Of a DNA stretch of 64,000 nt, positions 1 through 20,432 are shown piece by piece. The stretch lies in NCBI RefSeq assembly GCF_009914755.1, contig NC_060932.1, one strand, 5' to 3'. The notes below the pieces were generated by a model. The model was not told the origin of the DNA, ran no database searches, and was given only the letters and a program-made list of their open reading frames with translations. The translations under genes were made by a program, and so were the position numbers. The DNA is from the human T2T-CHM13v2.0 reference genome, Homo sapiens. Position 1 is the stretch's first letter. The number at the start of each line of letters is the position of its first letter.

Positions 1-783
1 GATTTTTGGAATTTCCCATTTTATGCACATGCAGCACTGTACTCAGCAAAGATTCAAGGGAAAACCTATCCAAATTTTTGTAGTTCTTTTTCCTGTGTTT
101 CTCCCTCTTTCTGGAGCTCTGTCTCACAGTTTCTGCCACTTCAGTCTCCTCAATATTTCTGTCCATCTCTTCAACTCAACAAGTGATATGGTTTGGCCAT
201 GTCCCCACCCAAATCTCATCTTGAATTCCCATGTGTTGTGGGAGGGACCAGGTGGGAGATAATTGAATCATGGGGGCAGGTCTTTCCCATGCTGTTCTCA
301 TGATAGTGAGTAAGTCTCCCAAGATCTGATGGTTTTGAAAAACGGGAATCTCCCTGAACAAGCTCTCTCTTAGCCTGCTGCCCATCCATGTAAGACATGA
401 CTTCCTCCTCCTTGCCTTCTGCCATGATTGTGAGGCTTCCCCACCCACATGGAAATGTAAGTCCAATTAAATCTCTTTCTTTTGAAAATTGCCCAGTTTC
501 AGCTATGTCTTTTATCAGCTGCTTGAGAACAGACTAATACAAGTCTGCCATACTCTGTTTGGGTTCCTTCTCCCTGTGTCAGTGCTCCATAAATTTCCTC
601 TGGGCAGCAAGCTGGAGCATTCACAAGGCTCACCTTGTCTGTTTATCTTCCTTCAAGAATCAGTCATGTGGTGTGTATAGCCCAATGTCTGAAAACAATT
701 GCTCATATTTTGTATAGTTTTCTAGTGGTTTATGGTAGAAAATTAAGTCTAAACCTCCTTGCTCCATGGGAGAAAGGTGAAGT
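1..783 (-). mobile_element. Ancient L1M 5'-region fragment, interrupted by THE1
   Basis: Degenerate similarity to the L1M/L1ME 5' region; continuous across the THE1 insertion. Confidence 0.5.
184..541 (+). mobile_element. THE1 solo LTR (ERVL-MaLR)
   Basis: Starts tgatatggtttggc...ccccacccaaatctcatcttgaatt and ends agactaataca. Confidence 0.92.
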
Positions 784-915
784 TTTTCCACGTAATTTTC
801 GATATGCAATCATGTTTGAGGACCACTGATATTAACAACATTGACACTAGTTTGATCTATATGTTATCAACAGCATGATGTTATTAATGAAATCACCCTC
901 TCAGGTCCAATTTAA

Positions 916-1240
<325 letters not shown>

Positions 1241-2419
1241 TAAATAAACATTTCTGTACTAAACAGTACTAATAGTTTATAATATATGGTACAGGCAGTC
1301 TACTAAGGACTTCATTTATAGCATTTCATTTAATCTACACAAATACTATTATTAGATCCATTTTATAAAAGGAAAACCCAAGGTTCAAAGACATTAAATA
1401 GTTTTTCCCTGTGTCATTCTGCTAGTAGATGGCATGCTAACACCAGATCTTGTGCTTTTAACTTCAATAACACATTCTAGGGAGCCTATTGAATGGCACA
1501 TAGATTACACAACTGCAGTCCACCAACATTCAAAGCTGGAAAACCACATTTGTATGGAGTTAAGTTAGTAGAGACAGCTCATGTTGAGTAAAAATCCCAA
1601 AAGCCAAAAGATATTAGCCCATGTGCCTCTAAGTACTTGACATTTTGAAATGGCCCTGTTGATAATCAGATTATCTTAATGTGCAAAAAAATTTACCCCA
1701 CTGGAATTTTACATTTTAAAAATCACTCTGTAATCCTACAAAGTTAACATCTTTACCCCATTTCTAAATTTCACCCCATGACAACTTCTACCTGGAAGTT
1801 AAGGTCAGGGTGTTCTAGGCTGGGGGAGGATCAGGAATAGAGAGATCCAGAAATCTGTTGGCTATGTCACTTGGCAATTTTAAAAAAGCAGTAATTTTTC
1901 ATTTTGTTGAAGCATCAAAACACTGAGGTTAAAGCAGTTAGATCAAAATATTCCCTAAATCAAAATAGCTACATCCAGACATTTGTGTTAAGTCAATCCT
2001 CTTAAAATGTTTTTCTTCAGATCTCTCCTTTTTTAAAAAAGAAAGTAACAAATCCCATTTTAAAAGATGGCAATTTGGGGAATATTTTGTTTTGGTGACC
2101 ATTAGTCGCCTACTTTGTCTCTTCAGTCAAATTGGGTTGGAATTTTCTAAGCAGACGTTAAGGCCCTGAATGAGCAGACCAAAGAGTAAACTGAGTCTAA
2201 GAAGACATCTGTCTTCTCAGCTTAGTCATTTAGGCAAAGATGTCTTCTGTGTTCCTTCTTAAGTCCACAGAGCCACAGCTCATTGCTATTAGGTGAGATA
2301 ATGGCTACAATGTGCTTTTTAGCAATAACATAGAAATACTTGTTGAGATAAAGGAATCCATGTCTATTAATACAGATTCCTAACATAGTAAATGATTGCA
2401 GGAATGTGCTTGGATACAC

Positions 2420-2715
2420 GTGGCTGTTGGCAGGTCTCCGGTCCTCACTGGGTATTAACCAAAAACATCAGTGGTTTTTTTTTTTTTAAATATGAGCTTC
2501 TCTTAGGGTAGCTCACAACATAGCAGCTGGCCTCCCCGAGAACAAGCAAGTGAGAGACAACTTTTGTTTCCTAATATCAAAAGCGACATCCCATTACTTC
2601 TGCCAGATTCTATTCACTAGGATTATGTCACTAAATGCAGTCCATACTCAGGGTACGAGATTGCAGAACTGCATGAATGCCAGGAGTTGGGGGCAATCTT
2701 AGAGGCTGCCTACTG
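2420..2715. mobile_element. Old MLT1 (H/J-like) LTR fragment
   Basis: Motifs cacaacatagcagctggc, acttctgccagattctattc and atcttagaggctgcctac. Confidence 0.55.
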
Positions 2716-3730
2716 AATTAATCATGTATGTAAATCGCCGCCCAGATTACCACTTTGTTGTGAAATCCACTTGATGCCCATTGGTCCTGATTTTGAGGTC
2801 TCTTACTGCATTGCACCTTGTCAACCACTTGTTCCTTCTTATAATTTTCTTCTCTGACTTTTTGTCAGCACTTCAGTCTGCAAGTTTTCATCTTAGTTTT
2901 TTTGACCACTGTTTTTATTCTGTTTCACAGGGCCATCATACTCTGACAAACTTTGAGTAGAACTTTCAAAGTACTTTATTCTTCATCTTTATTCTGCTTA
3001 TTAGATGTTGTTTATTCATGTATTTAGTATGAATTAAATGAACATTTACTGAGCATCTAATATGAATTAGTTGCCCTGACATTAAGCACTCTTATTGGCA
3101 GAACTATTTAAAGATTAAATTCCTTTGAATCAGTGGTCCAAGGTTTATATATATTCACATTATTCGTTCTTAGGAGAGACATACTGAAAACTTCTTTCGA
3201 CTCTACTTTGCATCTACTAAATTTGAAATCACCTGCAAAGGCAAGTGGAGAAAGAACACACCATTCAGCTTTGTTTCCCATTTTGCTTTTGGAACATATG
3301 ATGTAGTTTAAAAAGTCGGTAATGTTTGTCCGAATTTGCTCATCTGAAAGTGATTTAAGTTGAGCAATTTAATGATTGGAACATTTTGGAGCTTTTTCCA
3401 GGACACCAAAACTCTTAGCATGGTTTAGGAATTCTGCAGCACTCTGACTGTTCCCAGCTGCTTGGGAGTCTTTGCTGAGTACTTCTGTAACTCCACAGAT
3501 CTGGCCTCACAGAGAGATTTTCATGCATTTTGTTTCCTTTAAATATTTTCCCATCGATATTAGGATCAGGCTCTGATTGTGGGAAAATACCAGAGACAAA
3601 AATGGTTGAAGGTAGCAAACATTACTGCAAGCGTTTCTTTACTAATCATTTGGTGGAAGAGTCCTTGAGCCTGGAGTCTAGGAACATCGAAAATTCCTTC
3701 TGAAGACCTGATAGGGTTATAGGGTTCTGG

Positions 3731-4029
3731 TTTTTTTTTGTTTGTCTTTTGAGACAGAGTCTCACTTTGTCACCCATGCTAGAGGGCAGTGGTGCAATCT
3801 CAGCTGCAACCTCCACCTCCCGGGTTTAAGCGATTCTTCTGCCTCAGCCTCCCCAGTAGTTGGAACTACAGGCACCTGCCACCACATCCAGCTAATTTTT
3901 GTATTTTTAGTAGAGATGGGAGTTTCATCATGTTGGCCAGGCTGATCTCAAACTCCTGACCTCAAGTGATCCACCCACCTCAGCCTCCCAAAATGCTAGG
4001 AATACAGGCGTGAGCCACCACACCTAGCC
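3731..4029 (-). mobile_element. AluS with TSD aagac(c/t)tgatagggttctg
   Basis: Full reverse Alu; flanks at 3703-3729 and 4030-4048. Confidence 0.95.
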
Positions 4030-5359
4030 AAGACTTGATAGGGTTCTGTTGAGCGAGAACATTAATGGGTAGGAAACTACAAGAACAAAGGCTGTAGGGA
4101 CTGCTGCTATTACTTTCTGTCTGCCTTTTAGGAATTAAAAAAGTAATAAGTAGAAAGTTATAATAAGTGAATAGTGCCTGAATCTGAAGATGATGATACT
4201 TAGCTAAATTCAGAGAACCCTAATTCAGGGAGCAAGTATCATGCCAACCATTGAGATGACTCTTTGGACAAGGCTCTGATTGACAGAGCAAGCTTCACAT
4301 TCGCTACCGTGGTGAATGCTCACTTGTGCCCTCAATGAATGCTTTCTTCCTTTCTTTTCTCTCTCCTTTCCTTCACCCTGAGCATTTTTCCATGCTTCCT
4401 TTATATTTTAAATGTGGTTTTATAAATAAAGTTATAAGCATTACTAATGTTAAGCTGTATGAAAGAGCTGGACATATGTCAAGGAGAAAGCCATTTAGGG
4501 CAGGGTTCCAGAAAACACATACCCAGATGACTTCATTTCTTCCTCCATCACATGGTGTTGTCCTTGGCTGAAATGTGGCAATCAATATTCTCTTCAAACT
4601 CTGAAATAGCTAGAAGTTTCCTTTGGGTTTGCAGCAAAGGATTTTGTTTAAATTTTTAAATTGTTGTTTCACTATATAGCAAAAAGTTATTTTTAGTTTG
4701 TTCTTACTCTTATTCAATCATGTATAATTTGGGGTAAGGAGAGACTTTCCAAATTAAGTCACAGATCAGTTAAAGCTAAAATGAGATTCCTGCTCTTTAA
4801 TAGTTTCTGACAAGTAGGATACAGAGTGTGATCTATATGGTTAACAGGCAACAACTTTGGGCTCAGATGAATAGAGACAACTTGCTCTACTAGCATGAGC
4901 AGAGAACTGAACTTCTAGAAGGTCTTGGAACACTTCAGTTTAATTCAATATTTACCAAGCAGCTGTTTTATTGAAGATTCTTTGCAGATATTGGAGTTCA
5001 ATATTAAGCATGATCTCCTGCCTCAATGAGCTCAGAGTGTGTTCTTGCAGGAGGTGGGGTAGGGGGAGGAAAATTCATGAATACAGAACAAAAATAAGAC
5101 TTGATACTCTGTAAACAGATATGTCTCTAGACAATATTTTTTAAAATGCCTATTGAACATCAATCAGGACATGTATAAAATGGTAACAAGTCTTGACCTT
5201 TGGTTACTTTCAAAAGTATGGAAATCCATGAGTTGAGAGCAATACAAGTACATAATTCAGTGATTTAGATGTTGTGTTCTATTATCTCCCTATGTGAGAA
5301 ACAAAACAAAACAGGAATAGCTGATAGAACACACTGTAATTGGTGAGGTCTGGCTGTAC

Positions 5360-5480
5360 TTCTTACAATTTGCATAAATTTATGAGGTACAAGTGTAATC
5401 TGGTTACATGGATATATCGTGTAGTGGTGAAGTTGGGGCTTTTAGGTTATCCATCACCTAAATAACACACATTGTACCCA
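5360..5480 (-). mobile_element. L1 3'-end fragment (L1MA/L1PB-like)
   Basis: ggtacaagtgtaatctggttacatggatatatcgtgtagtggtgaagt...attgtaccca. Confidence 0.7.
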
Positions 5481-6019
5481 TCTCGCTCCACTTCTAAAAA
5501 CCTTGAAGGGATTCTAAAATACAGCCATCTGAGAGCCTTTCTGGTTACTGGGGGTCATTCTGTCCATGATCCAAAAATGAAGACAGCATTCATCGTGATT
5601 TTTCCCCAAATAGCCTCATTCCTAGACTGAGGAGCCTTATGAGAGTTCAGTCTCAAAGTCATGTTGTGTCTCCCGAGGGAGCCCACAAAAACACACTGAG
5701 GAGAAACTGGACAAATGTTCCTGGTGGTCTCAGCCCCATGTTTCGGTAAGTAGGAGGAGGGACCCAGGAGGGAAGAAAGCTGAGGTCATTCCAGACACTG
5801 AACATGAAGGTGCTTCAAACCTGCAGCCAATAGAAAACTTTTTGTCCCCACACAGACTACTTTTTCTCCCCCAGCTGTTTTTTTTACTCTCTAGCCACCC
5901 CTAACTGTGATTTCCACCTGCCCTGTTCAACTCTTAAATCTGTTTGACAGTTTCAGCGCACATCAACCTCTCCATTCTTTGAGCAGTTCAGTAGCTGATT
6001 ATTTTCTGTGTCTTATGTG

Positions 6020-7800
6020 CATCTTGACTCATTAATTCTAAGCAAAGCTGTTTGTTCATTCAAATATGAAGCACCTACGACATGGCAGGCAGCATGCTCA
6101 CTGCTGGATGTAGCAATCCCACTGTCAGGGTACATCTTCAAAGTCCCTGCCCTGAAGATGCAAACCAATAAAACACATAACTACACATTATGAAAAGTTC
6201 TAGGGAGGAAATGAACGTGGTGCTATGATGGAAAATTCTCAGAACTTCTCAGAGGAGGCAGAACTTCTCAGAGGAGGCAACAGTTACACTGAGACCCAAA
6301 GCAAGAGAAGAAGCCAGCCATGAAAAAGGAGCTGAGGGTAGGAGAACATTCCAAGCAGAGGCACAGGTAAAGGAACAGAAGTGGAAGGAGGCTGACCTTC
6401 ACAAGGAAGCAGCAGATGGCCAGGCCAAGAGCTTATCAGGGGAGGAGGCAGGAGATGAGGCCCAGCAGGAAGAGAGGGGGCCAGATCCATCAGGCCTGCC
6501 AGTGTTATACTTCATTCAGCACTTGGTGCCTAGTGTACAACTTCCATCAATAACCCCCTTGGTGCCCAGCACAGACCTTCGCTCAGAGTGAATTTTCAGC
6601 AATACTTGGCAGGTGAAATGACTCAGAGGCCCCAGTCTTGCACCAGCATTTCCAGAACCTCCCTGACCGTCAGTCCTCCCCAACCTGACTTCAGCATGAG
6701 TTGGGACTCCCAAAGGTCTCTCTCAATCCTTGTGTTTGGCCATATATACCCTCTCTCAGCCTTCTCCCAGAAAACGAAGTGCTCAGTGGACAAGAATGAC
6801 TTTGGAGAGCATGACTTGTCCCGAACCTCCCTTCTGAGAGGTGGCCCAGCCACATGGTTGACAGCTGAGACTGGAGAGCCATGCTACTGGAGATTCTCGT
6901 CCTGGCTCCATTATCCGCCAGCTGTGTGCTGGGGTAAATCAGCTAATCTCCTGAGCCTCAAGCCTCTCTCCTGTAAAATGGATCTCATGGGGGGTCTTCT
7001 CAAGGTTTCTATGAGGATTAAATGGGGCGATGCACAAAAAGCCCCTTAACACAGTGCTCAGCATGTGGTTAACACTCAGTAAGTTGTTAGCTACTGTTAT
7101 ATTATTAACATTAGCATAATCAACCAAGGCCCCTAAGATACTCAAAATGTCCCAATTCCACTCCTCCCTTCTGTCTTCGGAGGAACTGTAAGGCTCAGCT
7201 GGATGCCACTTCCTCCGTGAGGGTTCCCAGGTAACCTCAGGCAGCAGTGATTTGCTCCTCTCTCTGCCCCTGCAGTAATTTGTACACTTCTCTCGGGAGA
7301 CAGTTGATGCTTACCACATAACATGGCAATGCCATAAGCCTGTCTCTCCTACTCAACTGCCAAGTCTTTGAGAACAGGCATGGTACCTTCTTGTAAAAAC
7401 TGTCAATCCACGTTTTTTGTTTTTTGTTTTTTTTTACATTTTAATCTCTCTGAAATTGAAGATGTTCTTGCCAATAATGGCATGTTGAAATTAATTGACA
7501 GTGTTCTTTTTTGTCCCGGTATCACATAAAGTAAAGATACATCTTACAATAGATGACACCTTAGGTTAGGTGAAATGCCATTAACTTTGGGCATGGGCTT
7601 TGGAGTCAGATTTCTGGGGTCACTTATTTGGCATGCGGCCTTGAGCAAGTTACATAACCTTTCTCTGTGGCAGCTTCTCATGTGAACAATAGACATAACA
7701 ATTGTCTCATAGTTGTTGCAAGGATTCGGCGACAAAATACATTGTAAAGCATTAGAATAGTGCCTGGCACATTGTTAATGCTGCATATTATCTATTATTA
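6020..7800. mobile_element. Cluster of L2 and MIR fragments
   Basis: MIR cores (ctgtaaaatgg...gaggattaaat; gcctggcaca) and L2-type aacattccaagcagagg. Confidence 0.6.
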
Positions 7801-9191
7801 TTGATAATAGATAATATTATCAATAAATCCTTGCCCCCCTCCTCGTAGGCCCCAGGAAGGCTGCCTGAGATACCACTGAGAGAGGCCTCAGTGGGAAACC
7901 CTCAGCTGGGGCCTTTCCCCCCATGCCCCACAGCTGACCTGTCCGTGTCAAGACCCTTTCCCTAGTTTTGTGTTCTCCATGACCCAAGCCATGACTGACT
8001 TTGGTTGTGACTGAACAGAGCCCTGGGAAATTCTGCCTTTGGGATTTTTCCTTGGCCGGGAGCCAGAGAGAGGTCCAATTTGTCTTCTGCTACCAAAAAT
8101 ATATTCCATTTCCTTTCAGTCCTGTGTTTAATTAAAAAGAGGAACTAGAATTGCTGGATAAACACGTGCTATTTTTATTCCCACCTCCCACTTGCAAACC
8201 CTCCTCCTCTTCCTAATGTAGCCTTCAAATCCCAGACTTGCACATCTGCCCAAATGTCGCAATGGAAAAAATGGATGTGCTTTCCCTCAGTCAGATGAAC
8301 TTTTGCTTCTGTAGCCCACTCCTCCTTTCTTCAACCTTCCTGCCTCCCTGCCCAGGAAGAGGAACATGTGAAAAAACATGCTTTGATTTCTGTCCAAAGA
8401 AACCAAGGATGATTTGGAGGCCACACATGGAAGCCGCAAGCATGACTTTGCTTTTGCCGTCAACATAATTATCCCCGGATTCCAGGGCAGCCCCTTGCCC
8501 TTTAGAATTGCCTACTATCTCAGTAGTCAGTAGCCCACCATCTCAGTAGCCCACCATCTCAGTAGCCCATCCTCCTTGTTTTATGGGCCCAGATGGCTTG
8601 TAAATGACTCATACATAGCAGATACAGGAAATCGTTTTGAGATGTTGAATGGAGCTTGCATCATGCTGGTAAGTAAACATAAAAACATGGAAAGTCAGTA
8701 AAATGGTTGACATTCAAGGCAGACCAAAAAAAAACAAGAAAAAAGTCAATAAAATTAGAGTTAATTGTATTATAAAAATATTGTTTTTTCATTGTCGATG
8801 TTATCTAAGTCATCTTTCCAAGCACATACTTAAAAGAATCACTTGACACTAATGTGTATTTTTGAGAGCTGTATCTATGGTGAAAGTGAAGCACTGCTGC
8901 TCATTGCTCAGCTCTGGTCTGCAAAGGAAGGCTGCTCTCCTGCAGGCAAGAACCAGCTTCTTCATGCTTCAGGGTTGGGGTTCGCAAGGTTCTGCCGTGG
9001 TGACAGAGTGACCCAGGCCGCTCTTAGTTGAAGGATCTCTGTGGGCTGAGGAATCTTCCCTGAGTTCCAGGTCACAGTCCGAGTGGGCATCAGAAAGGCC
9101 TGGGCAGGACCGGTTAGGGTTAAAAGTGCCCAAGAGGTTAAGGGCATTGGGAAGCTGATGTTGTTCTGAAGGAGGACCCTGATTCAGATTC

Positions 9192-9880
<689 letters not shown>

Positions 9881-9944
9881 ACTAAAAAGAATCATATTCC
9901 ACACCAGCCTGGTACTAACTTGGTCTTCCAAGAATTGTCTGGAA

Positions 9945-10120
9945 CAAGGGTTCTCAGCCATGGTTGCATAGTGCAACTACCAGGGGAGTTTTAAAAAAAT
10001 ACTAAGGCTAAGGCCCCATGCCTGGAGATGTTGATTTGAGGGTGGAGCCCTGGAATGCATATTTTTTAAAAGCTCCTCCAGGTGATGCTAACATACATTC
10101 ATCAAGAACCCCTGTACTAG
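9945..10120. mobile_element. MER5A-like hAT-Charlie fragment
   Basis: ggttctcagcc...tttttaaaagctcctccaggtgatgctaa...aagaacccctg. Confidence 0.7.
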
Positions 10121-10459
10121 ACAACTGGTCATCCAACAGCTGACTGCTCCTTGGGGCTCAGCCAGAACAAGACAGACTTCTGTAAGGAGAAACCTGGGAG
10201 CACTGAGTGTGTGTGTGGTGTTTGGGGAGGACAAGTGTATTGTGTCTATATTATGTGGATATATCTTCACAGGTACAAAATGTGCATTTATGTGTATACA
10301 ATATGTCTGACACATATGAATGCATAAAAAAATAAAAAATAGCATTAATCTTGAGACAGTCTCATGAGGCAACTTTTTCTAGGTTTGAATGCTACTTTCT
10401 CTTTCTCTCTTGATTACTATTTTAAAACTTGTTTTCAAATGTTGCCATTGTGGACAAAT

Positions 10460-10670
10460 ATGATTCCATTTATATGAGATACTTAGAATAGTCAAATTTA
10501 TAGAGACAAAGTTACAATAGTGTTACTGGGCGGAGTTATTGTTTAATGGGTACAGAGTTTCATTTGGAAGGATGAAGTTCTGGAGCCGATAGTGGTGATG
10601 GTTGCATAGCACTGTGAATGTACTTAATGCCACTCAACTGTACACTTGAAATGGTTACAATGGTTTTTAA
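10460..10670 (+). mobile_element. L1MB-like 3' end
   Basis: tatgattccatttatatgag...gtggtgatggttgca...tgtgaatgtacttaatgccact. Confidence 0.8.
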
Positions 10671-12394
10671 AGTTGATACTGAAAGCTATTGTATTTTTTC
10701 CATGTTTACCAAGCTCTCATGATGAATATGGCATTGTAGAGAATCCTGGAAGTGAATCAATCCCTGTGTGCATGAGATACTTGAGGTAATCTCTGCTTTC
10801 TGCTTGTGAATTAGCTATACCATGGATCAATACCTTGATATCTCCACTCTTAGATTTAGTGCTCCATAGAAGCCCCCAAGACTTTCTACATAACTGCTCA
10901 CAAGACCCTCCAACTCTATCCCCACCTACCCCTGAGACCTCTCGGTCTCACAATCATTGCTTAATCATCTAGAAATTATCAAGAGCTTTGCCATTCACAG
11001 GCCTCATTCACCGCTACGACCTGCTCTGAGGATATTTGAATGGAGCATCAGGGTTTGCAGGCAGAGAAAAGGAGTGTGGTGAGGTGGGGGATGAAGGGGT
11101 CTTTGAGTATACTGTAGGTGAACACAAAGGATGACAGTTGTTTTCTTTAGTTCAGACTTTGTCAAATGGGTGGCACTTTAGCTGTTGTCATTTAAGTGGC
11201 CAAAGTGAATCAGCTATTTCATTTATTCCTTCTTCAAAAAATCATGGAGGAAGCACTATGAGCCAGGACTTGGGGTCACACAGTGGCATTGAGAGAGATT
11301 CTAAGAAGTCTCAGCCCATGTGGGGAAATCAAACAGGCACTAATGGTAGACTAGGAGAAGGGCCATATGCAAAGTGTCAATCTCCACCTTTTTGGTTGCA
11401 AGGGGCAAAAAATCATGTTTTAAATTAAAAAAAAAAAAAGAATGTTTTGCTCATAGGATGGAAAAGTCTAGGGCAAGGCCGTGCATCAGAACAGGTGGAT
11501 CCAAGTATTCAACAGCTTCAAGATTTTCTCCTTTCTTGATTTTCTGTAGTCATCATTCTGGGGAAGACTCACCTCTTATGGTAACTGGAATACTTTAATC
11601 TTCTAAGAGTTCCAACTAAAATTCTCCAAGTGAATCTTGCTGAGATAAAGTGCCCAACTCTAGAGCTGAGGGGATGGAGAAAAATGGGGAGTTGGCTCTA
11701 TTCAAATGATATAGACTGGATGGGAACTGGGGAGCCATTTCCCATTGTGAGATCCAACTATTCTTACTACAAGAGGGAATAGAGCCTGGCCAGGGAAACC
11801 ATTGGCCTCACTACAATGTGGAAGTTTAGATGTGGCCTGGTGTCCTGTAAGAAGTCAGAAGGCTTCCCAGAGGGACCAGTATTTAAACTGGTCTTTAAGA
11901 ATGGGTTGGAGCTGGTCATGGAAAGATGAGAGGGTTGAGGGAAAGGACCCACCCAGGAAAGAAATAGCACAAGCAATATGAATACGAATCAATGATTTGA
12001 TGAAAAAGTTCTGTGTGATCAGTCTATTATTGCATGACACAAGTTGGTCCAGAGAATAATATGGTGTTGAAGCGGGTGAGTAATGGTATCTTCTAGTAAT
12101 GATATGATTTCCTGAAAATAAGCAGGGCAAGCAATAATGCAATTTTAAGTGACCTGAACATCACATCACTCATCGCCTAAAAACTTACAAGTAAAAAACC
12201 TACAGAGCTGCTTAAAAAGTTCTACTATTCCTCAGTGCTTGGAGTATAATTTGTGAATTGAATTTGCTTTTGGTGCTCTTGTGCTTTTGTTTTGTTTGGT
12301 TTGGTTTGGTTTTGTCTTTTGAGGTCAGACAGGAGAGAACCTTACCCATTTCCAGGTGGAAAGAGGTCAAATCGTTTGAAACACAGTATAATAT

Positions 12395-13821
12395 TGACGG
12401 TGTTGGCGGCCCTGCTGGAGCGGCCGCTGCAGGGAGGCCAGTTGCAGTTGGGGAGGCACAGCCGGGGCTGCACAGGCGGGAGTCCCGCCCCCCACCGAGC
12501 TGGCTGGGTGGGAACCCTTAGCTCCTGGGCACAGCTGCTGTGGTCCCTGCACGTTCCTGGAGGCCCAAAAAGCCCTCTGCCTCCACAGGCTTGAAAGTGC
12601 CTGCTCCTGCTCCCTGACCTCTCCCCACTCCCAATGCCTGCCCCAGGGTGGAGCAAAGTTGTGGCCAAGCCCGGGCACTGTTGCAACCCAGCCGGGTGTG
12701 CATGAGCTCAGGGGAGTGCTGACATACCAGCCCCCTGCTGCCTCGGCCCCCTCCGGACTTGGGGCACCAACAAGCGCCAGAGGGAGGCTGCCGAATGGGG
12801 AGGGTGCTGAGGGCGGCTTGGCACAGGCCAGCAGGCACCTCTCAGTGCAGACAGCCTAGGCGAGTGGACATGTTAAAGGCAGAGGAGTTCCTAGGCAAGG
12901 TAGGGCAGGTCCTCTGTGAAACCCCCACCTTCAGGTAGGGGACAGCCTGAAGCCTGGGGCGCGGGCTGTCAGTTCCAGGTGAAGTCCGCCGCCTGGAGTG
13001 AGAGCTTCATTGATGACGGTTCAGCCAATCGGATGGTGGTTTTTCCAGGCCCGCCCATGGCTACCCATGGACCAATCAGCATGCACTTCCTCCATTCTGC
13101 GTACACGAAAACCCTCACACTCAGTCAGACTCACACCCTCACCGGGAAGACCTGCTGGAGAAGGTAGCTATGCACTTCAGGTCTCCTGAGAGCTGTTCTG
13201 TCACTCAGTGAAGCTCCTCTCTTGCCTTGCTCAGCCTCTAGTTGTCTGCATACCTCATTCCTCCTGGATGCAGGACAAGAACTCGGGACCCACCAAATGG
13301 CAGGACTGAAAAAGCTGTAACACAAACAGGGCTGAAACACTCCCCCTGTTGGCCACTTTGTGGGTGACGACGAGAAGAGCTGTGGCCCTTCTGGGAGGCC
13401 AGACTTCGGGGCTGAGCCAGGGCTGTGGCACGCTGTAATACCCTCTTTGGGGCTCTGCAGTCCCTGGCATCTCCAAGCTTTCAGGCACCATCGCATTCCT
13501 TGTCCAGACGCTGATGTCCACAGCAGAATTGTGGTACATCTGGTCCAGCTGCAGCCTTGCATAGAGCTGGTGTCTGTGCCGGTGTGCCCGGCGGTGCACA
13601 GTGGCCAGACCCCACGATCGCTCACTCATACACCCCTTGGCTCTCTCTGCCTGGCTCGTTCTTGGCAGGTGTGGGATCTGGGCCCATAGCACAAGCCAAG
13701 CGCAGCCTGCTGGGCCGAGTGGGTGGAACAAGCCCAAAGGTGCAAGCAAAACCCAAGCAGAGGTGCCGCCAGCCACAGAGGTTTCCAGCTGGGGAAGTGA
13801 CACCCTAAGGATCCTGTGATC
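12395..13821 (+). mobile_element. MER52 (D-like) ERV1 solo LTR, GC/CpG-rich
   Basis: Starts tgacggtgttggcggcc...ctggagcggccgctgc and ends gaggtttccagctggggaagtgacaccctaaggatcctgtga; explains the dense GC-rich ORF calls here. Confidence 0.85.
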
Positions 13822-14220
13822 TTGTACAAGAAAGCAATACGGAGGTCTTAAAAACAGTTTGGGTATTTTGTCTTTTTGCTTTTAAAAAATATAATAGATG
13901 ACCACAAAGATTATGTATGAAAAACCCAACCCCATGGCCTGCTTCAACAGCCATTCTATGAGCAACCTTCCACAGTTGAGTTATTCCTGGTTAAAATTTG
14001 AGAGGTCACGTAATGTTGAATGCTCCCAAGGCTCAAATCAGGAGCCAGACAACAGTTCCATGCCTAGAAATGCTTTCAAATCACCAAGCTTCTTATTTAA
14101 AATTTAAAAATTCCTGATATACCTACCTGAAACAGTTCAATCCATGATCATGTGAGGGGTGAATTTATTTTTTTACAGACTCCTTCTCTTGGGCTAATTC
14201 TCCGTGGGAGGCAATTTTTA

Positions 14221-19991
<5,771 letters not shown>

Positions 19992-20101
19992 GGGAGGCAA
20001 TTTTTATACACAAAAAATAACAATTGTTATTCTGTCCTTCCCCTCCACAAATAAAAACAGAGGCAGAGCGGATCAACAAACAAAACTGACTACAACCAGT
20101 G

Positions 20102-20107
20102 TTTATT
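20102..20107 (-). terminator. Distal poly(A) signal AATAAA
   Basis: tttatt on the + strand; the minus strand continues cactggttgtagtcagttttgtttgttg...tgtttttatttgtg (GU-rich downstream element). Confidence 0.85.
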
Positions 20108-20418
20108 CTTGATTTGTCACCACTCTTTTCATGTCTTGTTTTCTTCCACATGTTAAATATATAATAACCAAAACTTTACTAACATACGAATGAAGAAAAC
20201 ATGCGCAGCATGTATGCATGGCAGGTAGTGAGGAAATCTGGCCAGCTGACTGGTTCCTTTACCAAGGTTTGCAGAGTAGGTTGTGTTTGAACACCTTCTG
20301 TGGGTCTGTGTCATTTCCAAGTTGAAGAATTTCAGCCAAAGAGCAACATGTCACATTGATTAAAGATGGTTAATGACACAGAAACATTTCTGTTAATACT
20401 AAGGGAAAAGGCTGTTCT

Positions 20419-20432
20419 TTTATTTATTTATT
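20419..20432 (-). terminator. Three overlapping AATAAA hexamers (possible proximal poly(A) site)
   Basis: tttatttatttatt on the + strand. Confidence 0.45.

Noticed and set aside
1419-1436. CTCF-like ctagtagatggcat
   Set aside because: Imperfect match inside a MIR-like remnant; cannot be supported without ChIP data.
6241-8570. Short direct repeats (agaacttctcagaggaggc x2; ctcagtagcccaccat x2-3)
   Set aside because: Ordinary slippage duplications with no spacers; not CRISPR-like.
12258-13829. Many overlapping 100-180 aa ORFs
   Set aside because: Expected from a GC-rich MER52 LTR with few stop codons; no recognisable domain.
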